Source: Selaginella moellendorffii
Taxonomy: Eukaryota; Plantae; Lycopodiophyta
DNA length: 64,000 nt
Direction: 5' to 3'
Assembly (NCBI RefSeq): GCF_000143415.4
Contig: NW_003314279.1
Location: 1,627,987 to 1,691,986 of the forward strand
The first letter of the stretch is position 1; each line of letters starts with the position of its first letter. Positions 29,260 to 41,944 of this stretch are shown piece after piece. The position numbers and the translations under genes are program-made. The notes beneath the pieces were generated by a model. It worked only from the letters and a program-made list of their open reading frames with translations. It ran no database searches and was not told the origin of the DNA.

Positions 29260-29812
29260 TGTAAGCAATCAAAGAGAACAACTTAAGAGACAGTCCATAG
29301 GGTTCAAATATAGAGGGAAAGGGCCCATGAATAAAAGTGCATCCCCCTTTCTAATGGGTCTTAGGATAATTGGGTTAAGCGTTCTAGGGTTTGAATAGTA
29401 CTGGGTTGGGTGACCTCCTGGGAAGTCCAAATTCAAGAGCTTACATTTGGTATCAGAGAAGTCTCGAGTTTGATTCTGTTAGTTAGTTTAGGGGAATCAC
29501 ATTTGAGATTAACATTTGGCAAGTTTAGTTTGCTTCTGGCTGGGCTAGACCCGAGGGGTAGGGTATTAAGAGAGCAAGGCTCTCGGGAGAGATGCGGCTC
29601 TTAACTTACATTCACGAAGGCGTGAATTTGCAGAGAAGCATGATGGATTGTAAATAACCAAAGAGAACGGCTTGAGAGATGGTCTATAGGGTTTAAATAT
29701 AAAGGGAAAGAGCCCATGAATAAAAGTGCAACCCCTTTTCCAATTGGTTAATTAAATGTCCTTAGGTTTAAATAATACTGGGTCCCAAAAAGTCCAAATT
29801 CAAAAGCTTATA
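29260..29812 (+). mobile_element. Cassandra-type TRIM with 5S rRNA-like LTRs, complete
   Basis: LTR1 29260-29445 (TGTAAGC...GCTTACA), PBS TGGTATCAGAG at 29448, ~200-bp internal region, LTR2 29649-29812, and a 5-bp TSD TGTAG on both sides. LTR1 contains GGTTAAGCGTTCTAGGGTTTGAATAGTACTGGGTTGGGTGACCTCCTGGGAAGTCC, which resembles the 5S internal control region. Confidence 0.93.
29373..29428 (+). promoter_or_regulatory. 5S rDNA-like Pol III internal promoter (A box, IE, C box) within the Cassandra LTR
   Basis: Matches the plant 5S segment AGTTAAGCGTGC...AGTAGTACTAGGATGGGTGACCTCCTGGGAAGTCC, as recalled. The C box is partly deleted in LTR2. Confidence 0.85.
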
Positions 29813-32104
29813 TGTAGAAAGAAGGGTAAGGTATCCATTATTTGCGTCTGACCCTTGCACAAGCGCAAACTCTAGTTTAAATTCTCTTCCGAAGACTTTG
29901 CTTTAAGGGCCTCAACTTACCAGTTCAGGTCATTGTATCACTTCTCTAGGTCAGCAATGTAGGTACAATCATGTTGAATGTGGCCCTCTTTCCCAGAAGT
30001 GTAACAACCAATCCTTTTGCTAGGTCCCTTGTCCCTTTCCCCATCAGTAGGTGCCAACTGCTTGACACCACTACCTACCATGGAACCATTGGTATATCTG
30101 TTTTTTTGAGACCAGCTACCTCTCGAGAAAGTCTCACCTCTTTTGGCATCATAGTGGTAGTCCTCTGGCTCTCCTGAGTCATCACTCTCTTGTATCTATG
30201 GCTGAGCAACACGTGTTGTAATTGCTTTGGGTTTCCACTTTTTTAATGCTTTTGCTGCCGCAGAAAGCAATTTGTCCATAGATCTCGTTTTTGCAGTGAT
30301 CAGATAAGGCTGCAAATCCTCACGAAAGCCTCAATAAAAAGCTTGCTTCGCCATCCTTTCTACCTTTTCAATGTCATTAGAGATATATGTGGCAGCCCGT
30401 TATAGAACAGCCCAATATTGCTGCACAATTTTGCCCTTTTGATAATTTCTTGTATTGATAAGTTCAAAGGCTCTATCCTCTAGATCCCCAATGATGAAGA
30501 GCCTCCTGGCCAAAGCTATGGCCTCATTCCATAATGTATGATAAACATTCTTTGTGCCTCTCTTGAGAAAGCTATAGAGTGAATGCCTTGCATAGTGAGG
30601 GTATGTGTGGAAAAAGATAAAAATTGTGGCCCAAGAAATGATGGAATGGATGGAATGGAGGCCATATTATGGTGGATGATACAGAAGAGGACTATGTGTG
30701 ATCTGATGTTGCAATTGGAAGTAGTAGCTAATATTGGGATTTGATGTAGTGTAAGATGAAATGGCCAAATGCAGCTGGAAGCATGTGGAGTGAGAAAATT
30801 TGTTTGCTCCACTGATGAGTGGCTGGATGCTTGTTCTATGTAGGCCCAATTGACTGAAGAAAAGAGCTAGAATGTCTCTAGATTTACTGCAAGTCTCATA
30901 CTGTGATGGTTTAAATTGTATCTTTTGTCTCCAACGTCCAAAAAATTTGATTTTTGTTGCATTATATTGTTGAAAGTCTTCTCAATAGAGTGATGTTGGA
31001 AGATCCTAAGTACCATGTATATATGGTGTGGAAATAATGAAAAACAGAGAGTCGGTATTTGTGATGATGGAATGCAATAATTATAAAAGTGAATAGAGTA
31101 ATGATTTGTGAATATAAATGAATGGGAATGAAGAGGAGAATGTGTTCCCAAAAGTGATAGAGACAAGAACCTGGGAACCAAGAGGAAAGGCCGGAAGATG
31201 AACAAGCTCCTAGACAAGTGGAGTTAAGGCCACCTTGAGGCTAGAATCTAAGCTTGAGCTTGTGTTGGCAAGAGGATATGGCATAGAAGGACATGAGAAA
31301 CAAGTGAAAACAAAGAAGAAAAAAAAAGAAAGTTAAAAGCCCAAAGAGAGGAGAAAATTCACTGCTAGTGAAGAAGGTAAGTCAAGCTTTTCTTAAGTGT
31401 TGTTGTGAAGGAGCTCCCCTTTGGAGGGCAAAAGAAATCCTAGAGAAGGCCTTGGATTCCATAGAAAGTTAAGCTGAAGTTAGGCATGATGATCTAAAGC
31501 TTGTGGTGTCGAGAGAATTCGAGACCACAAGAGATATTGATATAAGACTTGGAGTATGGTGTCTAGTTGTGCTGGCTGCTCCTGGATGGAGAATGTTGAT
31601 GCTGTTGAAGAGGAGAAACTCACATTGAGTGTTTGTAGAAGTCTAGTGGGCAAAAAAAGTGTTGATGCTTGGGAAAACTACCACAAAATCGAATGAATTT
31701 TGTGGCTATAGTCGGGTTGGACCATTAGAATGAAAGAAATATAAAGAAGTATGAGATAAGAGGGAGAAGCTTTAAAATCACACTTGGTATTATTGCATTG
31801 CAACTAATTTATACCAAGGATGAAGTCAAAAGCTTGACTTAGCACCAATTTGAATTTCAAGCTTGAGATCTCCCACACCCACAGTTAAGTCAGCCTCATG
31901 CTATGTATATGCATGTGTATAGCTGTTGCCATAAAAATAAAAATTGGCTCTATAGCAAAATTGAACTATAGTTGACAATGTGTGGCAATAGGTTGAGCAA
32001 TAGAAGATAAACTTAAGCCTATATTAATCAATATGAAGAGAATAATAAAAAACCTTTTGTTATAAAAATGAGTTCGGAAAGTAAACATTGGATGAATTAG
32101 TGCT

Positions 32105-32320
32105 TGTAAGACATAAATCCCTAAGCTCTAAAGTGGGGCCGAAAGAATGCCACATGATAGTGGCCAAAATGGAATTTCAACGAGTGTAACATGTTTGGAC
32201 TAAAAGCTCTGACTCAAAAAGTTAAGAGCAGGAGTGGAACTCCTAACGAATTGCTTAAAGAACGAGTATAAAGTAATCAATAAGTGAGTCTCTAGAAAGG
32301 GATACAAGATGGACACACAA
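32105..32320 (+). repeat. Fragment of the family A LTR 5' end
   Basis: TGTAAGACATAAATCCCTAAG...GGAGTGGAACTCC matches 61189 onward, diverged. Confidence 0.7.
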
Positions 32321-33061
32321 TTGAATAATCAAACTCAGTTGATGGTAGTATTCATAGCTTGTGATATAGCTCCTCTTGCTTTTGTTACAAATCTTTATAT
32401 TGAATAGAGTTTTTTCATGGGAATCTTAGGGATGATATATATCATTGGTTTAATCACTATATAGTGATTACCACTTATCATTCTTAAAATGGTGCTTGCC
32501 ATTTATGTGAGTTTCCCATGTGTTTTTAAGGGATAGCATTGCAATGGGACAATAGTTTAAGTGTAACCACTCATGCAAATTGGAGTTTTCTCTTGAATTT
32601 TTTCAAATGTGCATTTATGTATGCTAATGATTATGATGATACCTTCCAACAATTATATTGTCTTTATCAATGGCTGCCTAAATTAATAATACAATTTAGC
32701 ATTCGCTTCCAGAGTTTCTTGTTTTGTGTGGAGCCAAATATGTTAGGAGGGAGCAAGTTAGGAGTGTTGTGGCTGGAGCAAGTGCATGCAAAAGTCCCAC
32801 AAAATTTTGACAAAGTGTTGTGTTGATGATACTCTTTATTTGGTACAATATTGTGAAATATCATCTCTTCCACTTCTCATTACATGTTCTTTAGCTCCAC
32901 TTTCTATTGATTGTAGCCATGATGTCCACTATTGGGCATATGATGAGGTTGGTCACACATATCAACATTGTTAGCATTTTCTAGATTAACATCCTCCATT
33001 TCCTAACTGGAGGCTTTGGCATCAACAACATCCTATTAGTGTTGTTACAATAAAAGGTTTA

Positions 33062-33567
33062 TGTAAGTAACTAAAGAGAACGACTTGAGATACCATCAAA
33101 TATACAAGGAAAGGGCCTATAAAAAAGAGTACACCTGTTTTTCCCATCGGTTAAGGGTTTTGGGATACTTAAGGTTAAACATCCTTGCATTTGAGTAGTA
33201 TTAGGTTGGGTGACTTCTCGAAAAGTCCAAATTCAAAATTTTATATTTAGTATCAGAGAGGTCTTGAGTCCAACTTTATTGGTTGGCTAAGGGAATTATA
33301 CCACATGTTGAGATTGATATCTGGCAGGTTCAATTTGCCTTCGGCTGGGGTCGACCCGAGGGGTAGGGTGTTAAAAGAGCAGGGTTCTCAAGAGACCTAT
33401 AGCTTTATCTTCTGTTCACGAGAGAATGAACTTGTAGGAAAGCGTAATGGATTATAAGCAACCAAAAAGAATGATTAAAGAGACAATCCATAATGATTTA
33501 AATATAGAGGGAAAAGGCCTATAAAAAAGAGTGCACCCCTTTTTCAAGGTTTTGAGATCAAGGGGTT
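33062..33567 (+). mobile_element. Second, older Cassandra-type TRIM with LTR2 truncated
   Basis: LTR1 33062-33245 has AGTAGTATTAGGTTGGGTGACTTCTCGAAAAGTCC, followed by a degenerate PBS TAGTATCAGAG. The internal region is collinear with 29446-29648, and LTR2 starts at 33453. Confidence 0.85.
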
Positions 33568-33577
33568 CACTTAACAC

Positions 33578-33700
33578 TACAAGCAATTAAATTTTTCATT
33601 CTATTTTAATCACTTAATTATGCCTTTAACCAGTTGGAGGAGTCTCATGTATAACCTCCATAAATCCTCATCCTAACTTAGGGCACTTGCTAACCCCATG
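33578..33700 (-). repeat. Fragment of the family A LTR 3' end
   Basis: Resembles 37100-37220 (ATTTTTC-ATTCTA...GGAGGAGTCTCA...AACCTCCATA). Confidence 0.6.
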
Positions 33701-35589
33701 CGTGTTCTTATAATTACACCACCACCTAGTACTCTTTTTATCTTTTGCCACTAAATTGCCTTATTGAAAATTCCCACTCCCACTTTTACTCATACTCTTA
33801 CTCCTCTTCCTACTCCCACTCCTACTCCCTTATTGCAGCTATGGGCATCTTGAGAGAGGGAGAGGGAATATTTTAATTCTCAAAATATTCATATAAAAAC
33901 CACAAATATCAAAGGTTTTGCATTTTGTGTCTTAAGCTAAAGTATGGAGAGAGAGAGAGCTTAAGACATGAACAGAGCCATAGAGAGGAGGAGGATCAAG
34001 GTGTCATACCTTAACATGGTGAACCCAGTATAACACATATCTTCTTTCTTTTTGGAGCATTTCTTGATTGATGGAGAGGATCTATGGGATTTGGAGTGGC
34101 AATCTTGGAGAGGGTAGGCTAGGAGTGGTAGGATTACCCCTATAGAGAGATTTTTGAGTGTTGGAGTGAGATTTCATCTTCTTGAAGCTATGGCATGCAA
34201 TGCCAGTTTTTAGTGGGGTTTTTTCCTTCGTCTTTGACCCATTTGAGGGGCTCTTTTTTTGGGTATGTAGATCTCAAGCTTTTCCTTCCATCGAGTATAA
34301 GCACTTGTGATCTAGTGGAGAAATGGAGTTTTAATGATTTTTCTTTCAATTTTTATTCCTCTTCCTACATCCATATTTTTTCAATCTAAGCTTGAATCCT
34401 AGGAAGAGATTGTACCAATTTGTTTGATGGGCTCCTAAATCTTTCTAATAGCTATCCAAAGAGTGGTTTGTTGGAGGCCAATTCGTTGAGAGCTATGACA
34501 TATATGCATTTTTCTTTTAGCGTGCGAACACAACTCACTATGGAAGCTTTGCAAAGTGAGAATTCTCTCCATTTTGTGCATCTTTGTAAAATCTTGTTTC
34601 TAAGTGGTCTTAAGACATGGATAGAGCTATCCATCATCCAAATTTGTGCATTTCCATCATTTTTTTTTAATCACACTTTAGTTTCTTTCTTCCCCACACT
34701 ATAACAATTTTTGAGTGCCAATTTCTTGAGTGTCTAAATCTTATTTTCACTGTCGTTTGTTGTATTGTGTGTGCTTTGCTCTGCTCTTCCTTTTGAGTCA
34801 TCACTTCAATATTTTCATGGAGTTTTGAGCCAAATTCAAGTCATTTTCTCTAGCATCGTATGATAAACGAAGTTGCATACCTCTCTAACACATAAAGTTC
34901 TTACCTTTCTTGCAATTTCTTACATCAGGATAGTAAATCCCTTTGTGATATCTTATTTTTGTGTTGCATCATCTAATTTGATGTCTAATTTCATGAGATC
35001 TTATTGTTCTTCACTAACTTTCATCCTTGTTTGAGTGTGATTATTATTCTTAAGATTTTTTCTCCCATCTTGCACTTTGCTTTTGCAAATCTTTGTGTGA
35101 GGATGATCTAGCTTTTTAGGGTGACATTAAGCCACTTTCCAAGTGATTCCAAGAGTTTTTAATAGAAAAGCACAACACTTGTTTCTTTTAGAGATACCTT
35201 AACATTTTCATGCCTCTTGGAATTTTATTTTGGAATTTGCAACATTCATGACCATTTATTTTGGTTATAAGCTTTGCTTAGGTGTTTGAGGACGATTCAA
35301 CTTGCTAGATTGGGTGCATCACTTCATAGCATTTACCATATTTAGGCATTTGCAGTGATTCAAACATTTTATGCTGGTGATAACACGTTCATAATCACCT
35401 AGAGGATCAATTTGGAAGGCACTAGTCTCCATTCTTAAAGGCAAGTTTTCACATTTAAGGCAAGAGTTTGATTTCCATAGATTCATATCGAATGAGGAGG
35501 ATTTACTAAATCCAACAGATGCTTTGACTAGGGATTTGCAGCAACCAGTAGAGACAGTTAATCCAATTTATATCCTATAGCAGGGTGTG

Positions 35590-37099
35590 GATTTACCTTC
35601 ACACTAGGAGCTTCACCAATACGGATTCATATAGTAAAATTTGAGGTTTTTTATGACTTAAATGGAATCACGATGGATGCAGGCAAGTGCAACCACTTTC
35701 TTCGATTGATGCATAGATAAGCTCAAGTTTGGGTAGAGTCATTCTTGGATATAGAGTGGGAATGATATATAGAGGTGAAGAGACTCTTCCTCAAGATGTT
35801 TAGATAGGAGAAGGATCTTCAACAACTTCACACCGAGTTCTTTTCTTTCCTGCAAACACAACATGAGTTTGTTATTGAGTATATTTGGCAGTTCAAGAAG
35901 CACTGGAAGCTATGCCTCACTTAGATCCCAGACCTAACAGAGATAATCGTGGTTACCACCTTTGTCTAAGGGCTAAAGCCACTCATCTAATGCAAACTTC
36001 TCAAGTATAAGCATATTGAGTGTTGTTCAAATTTTGAGCATGCCAAGAAGGTTGAGAAGGAGCTTTGCCTCATTCTAGGTGTCTCCTAAGTTGCCCAATC
36101 TCCATCCAGCCACCTCCTCAAGCATCTGATTGCAACAGTTTCTCACCAATCTACACCCAAAGTTGTGAAAGAGAAATAGCCACTAGCATTGGAATTTGCT
36201 ATTACTGAATTTCGCTAGTACAAAAACCTCCTTGAGTGTCAATAACAAGCTCTCTTGCAACAGCAACAACAATAGACTACCATTCTTGAGGAACTTAAGG
36301 CATTGAGATTTTAGCAAATAGAAATAGCATTGAGATGACCTTATCATTGGTGTACCCATTGTGAGGCTAGTACACACTCAACAAAATAGTGCTATCACCT
36401 CCATCTAGAGCTTTAACTTCCAAAGAGCCAATGTGTCCAGGAGCATCCATTTGTTGGTAACTTTGCACTTTAACCACCTCAATAAAGAGCACGACTTAGC
36501 TGTTAACAAGTACTAGATCCAACCATCACATACAAGTTGCCTTTTAAGTTTGCATTTGTTGGCTCCCCTATAGTTGATGTTGGACCTTCTTAGCTTGACA
36601 GCACATCTTCTCCGGGCTTGGCTAATACATCTTCCATGACTCCTACCACATCTTCATCTCTTCTGACATACATCATGCAATAGCTATTATGTAGCTCAGT
36701 CACCCTTTTACTCGGACAACTTTTACGATCAGTCCCAAGAGTTGGATAGCAGTTAGAAACTCTTGCATGGTCCAACAAACCTTTTCCTCATGCTAGAGAG
36801 GAGATCCACATCATGGATACCACAACAACATAAGATCTAGGAGCTTTTATAGCATTAGTCACATTGGGAGATATTGTCATAGCAGAAGCACTCTTGGATT
36901 TAGGATCAGGGAGTAATGCCATCTCTTTGGCATTGGCAAAGTCTGCTAGGTTCCAGATCAAGAACAACACAAGCATCATCCTCAAAACCTTTGCAAACCA
37001 TACTGTGATCCCTATGGGTATATGTTGCAAAGTGCCTATATCAATCCTAGGGATCTCATCATTGGTGGATTTTGTGGTGGTGCATTTCCAGTATGTAAA
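35590..37099 (+). mobile_element. Decayed Ty3/gypsy gag-protease relic (element D), interrupted by A2
   Basis: Aspartic protease-like ALLDLGSGSNAIS...PMGICCKVPISILG...DFVVV ends at the A2 LTR. Stop-riddled gag-like sequence lies upstream. Confidence 0.65.
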
Positions 37100-38217
37100 T
37101 GTAAGCAACTACATTTTTCCATTCTACTTTAATCACTTAACCACACCTCCAACCACTTAAAGGAGTCTTATTCACAACCTCCATAAGTCCCACTCAGGAC
37201 TTGGGGCTTGCTAGCCCCGAGAATGGCATCCATGCCACTCAACTTTTGCACTTAGTCCTAGTGCTCCACATGACCGGTCCCATGACCAACACCCCAAGGC
37301 ACCACCAACATACCAGCCTGTTACGCTAGGCTATGCCCAATCACCTTGGTCACATCGGTGGTCTCACACCTCTTGCATTGCAATCCCGTCTCTCCAAGAC
37401 TGGGCCATCCGTCCATGAGTGGTCATCCCAGATCCACTCTTTAGCATCCTTAGGATGCCCGCAGACATGGGGAATAACCTTCCCCAATATCTCCTTTCTG
37501 GTCCCCACCAAGTCCCTTTCTGTCCTTGGCCGTGTTCGCTAACATTGCCACTGGATCAGGGCCCACAGGCCCGACCACTAAGTCCCACGGTCCTCTGGGA
37601 CTTCCTCACTACACGACTGTATCCTTGGTCACTACACCAGAGGACTACTCCTCTTCCTTTCCACAGTCTGGGCCTTTGGGACAACATTTCGGAACACCGT
37701 GGCCTTACGCAAGCCTCATGGGTACTCTCCCTGCCTTCCGCCTTTGGGTGCTCTAGCCATGGGCTTAGAACGAGGTTCCGTTAAGCCACACCAGGTATCC
37801 AAGTAGGTAGTGCCACCCACACTTAGACTGGGAGCATCGGCCAGTCGATCTCCCGAGGGAACTAGAGCCGGCTCTTGAACACTTCACCAAGCTACCCCGC
37901 TTGTCGGTCCGTATTCACTCTAGTCTTGGACTTCCCAGTGGTCAGTTCATCACCCAACACTGGGTCTAGCCTTCCTGGGCCAAACTGGCCTTTCTTGGCC
38001 AAACTGGCTCTACTATAGTCCTCCCCCTTACTATACTTTTGGAGCTCACCAAACCCCCTAGGGTCTGGGAGATGAACGCTTTGGGCATTCACCCTCTCAG
38101 ACTCAAACTCAAACTCGGACTCAGACTCGGACTTGGACTCGGACTTGGACTCGGACTTAGACTCGGACTCGGACTCGAGCTTGCTCTCAGCCTCGGCCTC
38201 GGTTGCGGCCTCGGTCC

Positions 38218-38266
<49 letters not shown>

Positions 38267-40440
38267 AGTCCCGGTCCCGGTCTCAGTCCCGGTCTCGGTC
38301 TCGACCTCGGACTCCATCTCTGGTCCTTCTCGGACTCCATCTCGGATTCCATCTTGGGTCCATCTCAGACTCCATCTCGGACTCCGTCTCGGACTCCATC
38401 TCGGACTCCATCTTGGGTCCATCTCGGACTCCATCTTGGATTCCATCTCGGGTCCATCTCAGACTCCATCTCGGACTCCGTCACGGACTCGATCTCGGAC
38501 TCCATCTTAGGTCCATCTCGGACTCCATCTCGGACTCCACCTTTGACTCCAACCCGGGTCCATCTTGGACTTCTTTCTTGGACACTTCCACATGTCATGT
38601 GTTGGTCCTTTTGGGTCCCTTTTTGGAGCTTCGCTTATTGCTCGCTTCATGCTCGTTCTTTGAGCACTCCGTTGGGAGTTCCACTCCCGCTCTCAACCTT
38701 TCAAGTTGGAGCCTTTTAGTCCAAACGTGTTACGCTCGTTTGGCTTTTGCTTTGGCCACTACCACGTGGCACCCTTTCAGCTCCACTTTTGGGGCTTAGG
38801 GATTTGTGTCTCACAACTCAAATGAAGTTCGATGTCCTCATTGAATGGTAAACCCTTTTATAAAGTAACACCCGCAAGTATTATCATTTCCATCCTTGGC
38901 ACCCAGCCAATACTTGTCTATGGTTTGACCCCGAAAGCTCACCATGCCTTGTCCATCTTCTAAGGGGCATAGTCTCTCCAACATAGAGACTCATTCGGCC
39001 ACCTGGGGTGGTTTGCTCCCTTTTATTGGTTCAGTTCTCGCTAAACCCGTTAGAGACACCTTCTCTAACTCAATTCTACTACTCATTCTCGAGTAGTCCC
39101 AACTTCTATTGACATAACCAATTCACCTTGGAACTTTTAATTTTGACTTCTCGAAGTCAATTTCTTTGGTGTCTTTGACACCTTTCACTGCACATATTGT
39201 GCAACTTCACTTCCCATCCTAGGAAGCTCCCCACTTGAGGGCGCCATCGTCCTCCTTTCTATTTTAAGACACTTTTGGCACCAAGTTCCAACCATCGTAA
39301 GTTGTGCTAGAGCTATCCACGGCCCTATCCTTTGGTTACTTCGCCGCTCCTTCCCTTGGAGCTTTCACCTTTGCCAACTTGGAGCATTTGGGAATCCATC
39401 CTTGGAAGCACACTTCCTTTCTCACAATCCGTTAGCATCTAACACACTAGTGTTCCATGCCTAACTTTGCCATTTAGATTCCTTTCAATGAACTCTATGG
39501 CCCACACTTTGTGCACTAGTCTTTTGGTTTTATCCATTGATTGTTGCACTGAGCAACANNNNNNNNNNNNNNNNNNNNNNNNNNNNNNNNNNNNNNNNNN
39601 NNNNNNNNNNNNNNNNNNNNNNNNNNNNNNNNNNNNNNNNNNNNNNNNNNNNNNNNNNNNNNNNNNNNNNNNNNNNNNNNNNNNNNNNNNNNNNNNNNNN
39701 NNNNNNNNNNNNNNNNNNNNNNNNNNNNNNNNNNNNNNNNNNNNNNNNNNNNNNNNNNNNNNNNNNNNNNNNNNNNNNNNNNNNNNNNNNNNNNNNNNNN
39801 NNNNNNNGTCACACCATTATCAATAGTTTAAATCAACACTTTGAACTAGGAATTATATTCCTTAACCCAAACAAAGACCTTGTCTTTGTTTAGCCACAAG
39901 ATCATCTGGTGATCTCCTCTTGACCCCTTAACAGATACACTAATAAGAACAAGGTCTTCCAGACCCTTTTAAATTGTTGACTATGACCCCGGGGGCATCC
40001 CCCACACTTGGGCGGTGCGCCCAAGCTAGCCCTTCCAACCAAGGATCCATAGCAACTGAGACTAAGTGTCCCCATCTCATTCACCACGTCTTTAGTGCCT
40101 TTTGCACCAAAGTGTTCAAGTTAGATATGCCGAGCTTTCACTCTAAGCAATCTAACCGTGCATCACGACTCCGAGGCATCCCTCGCTTGGCGGTGTGCCC
40201 AAACCAGTCTCCTCACTAAGAGTCCATGACCACCGAAAAATGAGTGTCCTCATATTCCAAACCATCACCACGCCCTAGTGATTTGGGACTCGAACCCAAG
40301 CACTAGAGGGTTGGGACTCGAACCCAACCTTCGTATATGCATCTACAGATGGCATCGCATAGGATGCCTGGCGTGACTCCCCATGCCGATGCACCAACAT
40401 GTACTTAAAGCGCACTATAGATCACAGCTTAGGAACCTAG
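37100..40440 (-). mobile_element. Family A element, copy A2: 3' LTR (37100-38815) plus internal 3' part, interrupted by element B at 40441
   Basis: LTR termini and arrays as in A1. The internal region is collinear with A1 8200-9503 and breaks at GGAACCTAG|TGTAAGCC, where A1 continues TTCCTCC. Confidence 0.9.
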
Positions 40441-41944
40441 TGTAAGCCATAAATTTTTCCTTTCCACTTTGCCAGCTTACCTCGTCTATCCGTCCAACAT
40501 TGCCTTGGCTTTTGCTAAGTTCCTTTGCCAAGGTTCTCGCCTATGGTACCAGCTCCTACTTGGTTTCAGCTACTCACTGCATGAGCAACGGAGTGTTAGC
40601 CATCCATCCACAGATTCCCAAATCACTCCCAATCCCCCTCCCCGGGTTAGACTGGACTTAAGGTTCCACTACACTCCCCGCAAGCATAAGCAGCCAAGCA
40701 CACCAAGCTTCCAAGTTCTTAACATCCCTTGGTACCACAAGACTTGATCATGGGACCCTCTAAATCCCAAGTCTTGAGTGCAACACTTGTTTCGGGACGC
40801 CGGGGCGAAACACCATGGCCTAGCGGCTCGGTATGGGTACCTCTCGCCCCCCACTTCCNNNNNNNNNNNNNNNNNNNNNNNNNNNNNNNNNNNNNNNNNN
40901 NNNNNNNNNNNNNNNNNNNNNNNNNNNNNNNNNNNNNNNNNNNNNNNNNNNNNNNNNNNNNNNNNNNNNNNNNNNNNNNNNNNNNNNNNNNNNNNNNNNN
41001 NNNNNNNNNNNNNNNNNNNNNNNNNNNNNNNNNNNNNNNNNNNNNNNNNNNNNNNNNNNNNNNNNNNNNNNNNNNNNNNNNNNNNNNNNNNNNNNNNNNN
41101 NNNNNNNNNNNNNNNNNNNNNNNNNNNNNNNNNNNNNNNNNNNNNNNNNNNNNNNNNNNNNNNNNNNNNNNNNNNNNNNNNNNNNNNNNNNNNNNNNNNN
41201 NNNNNNNNNNNNNNNNNNNNNNNNNNNNNNNNNNNNNNNNNNNNNNNNNNNNNNNNNNNNNNNNNNNNNNNNNNNNNNNNNNNNNNNNNNNNNNNNNNNN
41301 NNNNNNNNNNNNNNNNNNNNNNNNNNNNNNNNNNNNNNNNNNNNNNNNNNNNNNNNNNNNNNNNNNNNNNNNNNNNNNNNNNNNNNNNNNNNNNNNNNNN
41401 NNNNNNNNNNNNNNNNNNNNNNNNNNNNNNNNNNNNNNNNNNNNNNNNNNNNNNNNNNNNNNNNNNNNNNNNNNNNNNNNNNNNNNNNNNNNNNNNNNNN
41501 NNNNNNNNNNNNNNNNNNNNNNNNNNNNNNNNNNNNNNNNNNNNNNNNNNNNNNNNNNAGAAGTTCGATGCCCACATCGAATGTCTCTTTTTTATCCTAC
41601 GACTTGTTGACCATGTCTCCGGGGGCATCCCCCCACTTAGCGGTGTGCCTAAGTTAGCCTCCCCGGCCAAGAGCCCATGACAACGGAATATAGGTGTCCC
41701 TATACTCCTCACCTCACCACGCCCTAGTATGGGGTCGGGACTTGAACCCAGCCTTGCTTTACTAGGGGGTTGGGACTCGAACCCAACCTCCGTAGAATAC
41801 GTCTACGGATTCGACATCCCCGCAGAGAGTCGGGCGTAATGCCCTACGCCTGGTCGACCTACCTAACCCATGCTAATTAGTTTACCTTCGGCGCACCTTT
41901 GGGTCCCAACATATGCCATTGCTCAACTTCACCAATTGATACTT

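Larger units (their letters stand above)
25196..30540 (-). mobile_element. Decayed Ty3/gypsy element C (gag-PR-RT-RH-INT) with intron-like inserts; LTRs not identified
   Basis: Gag with a degenerate knuckle CYTSGKEGHIQHDC (near 29965-30010), PR VDTS...[24 protein letters not shown]...YIDD, RH CDAS...ECLAVV...TDH...NADGLSR, INT HHCC and TDRGKEF...NGMVER. Many stops and frameshifts. Confidence 0.9.

Noticed and set aside
29373-29428. 5S rRNA gene
   Set aside because: Only the internal control region is present, and it is embedded in an LTR.
30545-31800. Possible LINE endonuclease remnant or 5' LTR of element C
   Set aside because: Too degenerate; no PBS or matching LTR found near 24830-25190.
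40669-41712. ORFs spanning N runs (also 1934-2170, 39467-39893 and 19960-20742)
   Set aside because: Artefacts of assembly gaps.
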